64,000 nt of DNA. It comes from Candidatus Methanoxibalbensis ujae (GTDB lineage: Archaea > Halobacteriota > Syntropharchaeia > Alkanophagales > Methanospirareceae). Positions 61,064 to 64,000 of the stretch are shown piece after piece (within the stretch, counting starts at the first letter, position 1; each line of letters opens with the position of its first letter). Location of the stretch: contig JAOQIN010000006.1 in assembly GCA_026134085.1 (NCBI GenBank), positions 193 to 64,192 on the forward strand. Reading direction: 5' to 3'. A model generated the notes under the pieces. That model did no database searches. It was not told the origin of the DNA and worked only from the letters and a program-made list of their open reading frames with translations. A program made the translations under genes and the position numbers.

Positions 61064-61473
61064 GCGAAAGTGTGGCGAGGGCAGTCAGACTGAATCCAGT
61101 TCAAATAAGAGGAGTTTCATATTTTTAAGGATTGGGAGAGCATCTCCTGTCGCAATAATCTCTTTTCTGCACAGAAACACAGAAACACTTAAAAACTAAA
61201 AAACATGAAAGAATCAGAAAAAGATAGATAAAGCAGAATAGATTGAACGAAAAAATTATTCTGAAACCAAAGTATGGACCATCTGTCAAAGACTGAGGAA
61301 ATTTTGCAAAATTGTAGAAACGGGCTCAGTCTTTGGAAGTGCATTGTAATGAAAAACTGATAATCATCGTAGCATATAATAAGCAGGTGAGGCAGCAATG
61401 GGGATTATTTTAATTTGTCTTTCTCTCTGCGCATGTGGCGTTTAAACGATTCTCCAACAGTCTGCTCAGGCAT

Positions 61474-62387
61474 TTATGAGGCGCTCCTGAGTTTGCGCTT
61501 ATTCAAGATATAATGCGAGGGAGCCATCCACATCACGCCTGTCCTTCTGCATAGCAACCTCACCCTATTCACCGCAAACTGCCCTATCCGCTTCCCAAAC
61601 GCATCCATGACGCCTACGACTTTTTTCTTTCCAGGCAAACCGCACACCCAGCCTCTGTAAACCTTACCTGCTTCCTCAGCTTCCACGAAATATCCTTTCC
61701 TCCGCCGTTTGATGTTCCTCCGAAACGAGGTCTTATGCCTCCCTTTTATCTCTATGCAGACTCCTTCTCACAAGCTCAGGTCGCTGCCAATACCAGAATG
61801 AAGCTTCACTGTTGACATTTCCATCACAAAGAAGGCATAGCAGCGCAACAGCATCGTTCGCATGGCTTTCTGGAGCAATAAGGTCTTTCTTTGTTGATTT
61901 CGCAATTTTGTATTTCTCTCTGGCTTCAGCGGTCTGCCAACCTTTGAAAGTTATGAGGTTGGCAATCTCCCTCAATGCCCTGTATAACATCGTTTTACCG
62001 TTTCAACCGTGCTGAAGTATTTTCCATCATTTCTCGTATAGTGGTGCAACATCCTCAACAGCTGTCCTCTTAATTGGGAAATCTTGCACAATGATGATTA
62101 TTTTATCTGCAACCTTTGAAGGCATATTCGCCATTTCCTTGAGGATATCTCTCTCTATCAGTTCCAACCGCACTACCAGTTCTAACCGCATAGCCATCGT
62201 ATTTGGAGCCTGGATCAACCGCAAGACTGACATCCTGCGTTCTGTCTCCAACTGGAATCAGCATTTGCACAATATCGAGCTTGTTGAATTTGCCGACCGC
62301 TACGCCATCTCTCATAATCTTTCTCGCCTTCGCTGGCTTCGTGGGCATCAGAGGCTTTCCATCAACGCTCACAACTGGAACTCTCAT
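61474..62387 (-). pseudogene. IscB/IsrB-family (RRXRR) OMEGA nuclease relic, HNH-less IsrB-like
   Basis: VVSVDGKPLMPT (PLMP), AVDPGSK (RuvC-I), AVEDV (RuvC-II), SHANDA (RuvC-III), RRSLH; split across frames, Arg-rich bridge helix absent. Confidence 0.85.
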
Positions 62388-62389
62388 CT

Positions 62390-62629
62390 CTCACCCCGTT
62401 TCACGCCGATACTCGGCCGGGACGTGAAAACCCGTATCGGCCCCCTCGGGGCTGCCATCACTCGGACATCGGAGCGGGCAGGGTGCTCTTCTACAGCGCC
62501 TGGTCTTCTACAGCGCCTGTGACTGGGGGAGCATCCCGGTCTCCGCATGATGGCTGCTGCTCCTTAAAAAACAACCTGCGCACGACGGCGCAAGCATTCC
62601 ACCCCCGCCTTCGGAGAGGAGTCGTTTAC
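62390..62629 (-). ncRNA. omegaRNA-like scaffold upstream of the IsrB relic
   Basis: Minus strand: GTAAACGACTCCTCTCCGAAGGCGGGGGT...GCTTG end hairpin, GGATGCTCCCCCAGTC, CCGAGGGGG; GC-rich; directly 5' of the PLMP ATG. Confidence 0.7.
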
Positions 62630-62649
62630 CATCATAAGCTGCTCTGTGG

Positions 62650-63054
62650 TCATTGCTGCTCCCCTTCTATGCGCTCTACGAGAATTCCTTTTCCACGCAC
62701 GACATCAAAATCAGGACATCCACATGCGGGACACCGTGAGAACGCATGTATGAGCTCCGGAAGGAAATGTATTGCCTCATTTTCCTCATCGTCTTCGCGC
62801 CTTTTGAAATTCCATTCATTTCCGCAGTGTCTGCATTTGAATAATGCTTTCTCTTTTTCCCATGTTATCTTCATATCTGCGAAGCGCTTGCTGTCCTCCG
62901 CGATGGCTATCTCATGCAACGCAGTGATGAAAATATCCATATCCATCTGATATAACTCGCCTATCCGCAGCTTCACGCACCTCACACGCCTCATTCCGTG
63001 TGATGCGCTCATCAGAAATGCTATAACCGCCTCTGCCAATGCCCACTCATGCAT
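62650..63054 (-). CDS. hypA: Hydrogenase nickel incorporation protein HypA
   Basis: MHEWALA, IGEL, CRHCG, HFLPE, CPACG..DF....G. Confidence 0.93.
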   Translation of the reverse strand: MHEWALAEAVIAFLMSASHGMRRVRCVKLRIGELYQMDMDIFITALHEIAIAEDSKRFADMKITWEKEKALFKCRHCGNEWNFKRREDDEENEAIHFLPELIHAFSRCPACGCPDFDVVRGKGILVERIEGEQQ

Positions 63055-63098
63055 GCTCCATGCTTCAAATCAAAATAAGATGTATGTTGCGATTGTTT

Positions 63099-63650
63099 TC
63101 AAACATTTAAATCAATAATCTCCTTTATCCTCCGCCGGAATTCCTCCAGAGAACAATTGTTTCTCACCACGATGTCTGCATTTCTCATCGCCTCTCTCAT
63201 ACCCCATGCATTCTCTCTCGCTTCTCTGCGCATGAATTCTTCAATGCTCAGCGCATCATCTCCACGACCTCGCTTCAAAATGCGTTCGTATCGTATTTCA
63301 AGAGGTGCATCAATGCAAACCAGCAGGAAATCGCCGCCGAACTCCCTTTTTAAAGCCTCAACCTCAGCAATTCCACGAATACCATCTATCACAACAACAT
63401 CCGAATAACGAAGTGCACGCTTTATTTTTGGAATGCATCTTCTCGCTATCGCATCCATACCCTCCCTCGCACGCAGCTCTGACGCAACTCTCCCCGCATT
63501 CTCATCGCTGAGTGGTAATCCCCTGCGGTGAAGCTCCTCTCTTATCACATCTCCCATCACAACAACGGGGATGCCCTCCTCCCTCGCAACATCGGCAGCC
63601 TCTGTCTTGCCTGATGCTGGCGCACCGACAAACGCAATAATACGCACCAT
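63099..63650 (-). CDS. UPF0200 family P-loop nucleotide kinase (dephospho-CoA-kinase-like)
   Basis: GAPASGK, MGDVIREE, IDGIRG..E, R.ER...RGR.DD, E..WG. Confidence 0.88.
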   Translation of the reverse strand: MVRIIAFVGAPASGKTEAADVAREEGIPVVVMGDVIREELHRRGLPLSDENAGRVASELRAREGMDAIARRCIPKIKRALRYSDVVVIDGIRGIAEVEALKREFGGDFLLVCIDAPLEIRYERILKRGRGDDALSIEEFMRREARENAWGMREAMRNADIVVRNNCSLEEFRRRIKEIIDLNV

Positions 63651-64000
63651 TTCGCTCTGATCCCTTATTCCGATCCCTCATTCGCCCCTCATTCGCTTCA
63701 CACTCCAATTATTTTTCATTCTCCTCGGATATTATTACGAGGTCATTGGCAGCACGAGGTGCATAATTCATGAGGAGAGGTCGGCATATTCAACTGCTCA
63801 GAAACCTTCAGCAGACTTACAATCATTTGTCATTGCTCCTGATCCGGTTGGTCCGGCTGGACAGATGGGGAGAGGACTCGCCAAAATTGAATCTTGCCAA
63901 AATTGAATATGAAGCGGACGCATCATACGTTACTACACTGCCGCGAGATATGCGAAATGAAGCGAGTGAAATGCAGTTGGGGGATAACATGAGGAGAGAA

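Overview
Archaeal chromosomal DNA. The likely source is a thermophilic Halobacteriota lineage with methanogen/alkane-oxidiser cofactors, such as ANME-1/Syntropharchaeia-like. This taxonomy is inferred from fused ComDE, MfnA, a cofH relic, CooC, ArtA, CetZ and a di-myo-inositol-phosphate operon. Most of the window is housekeeping genes in unusually fragmented operons: A-type ATP synthase H/E/F apart from an intein-containing AtpA, ribosomal proteins, purA/purB, tfe, bud32, an RFC-like ATPase, rtcA and transporters, plus tRNA-Val(CAC). Points of most interest: (1) a full-length, stand-alone PafA/Dop (Pup ligase/depupylase) family gene with altered active-site motifs, convergent with a solo Cas4-like nuclease; (2) a four-gene CetZ cluster with a PRC-barrel protein, a wHTH/amphipathic-tail protein and a membrane-anchored coiled-coil protein; (3) an unannotated double-K-turn H/ACA guide RNA candidate whose pocket matches a conserved 16S rRNA motif; (4) an IsrB-like OMEGA relic with a recognisable omegaRNA, plus several IS200/IS605, IS1595 and IS6 relics; (5) unselected DNA eroded by many tiny deletions while short tandem duplications fill intergenic spaces and housekeeping proteins. 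All calls come from motif recognition by eye; no database searches were run.
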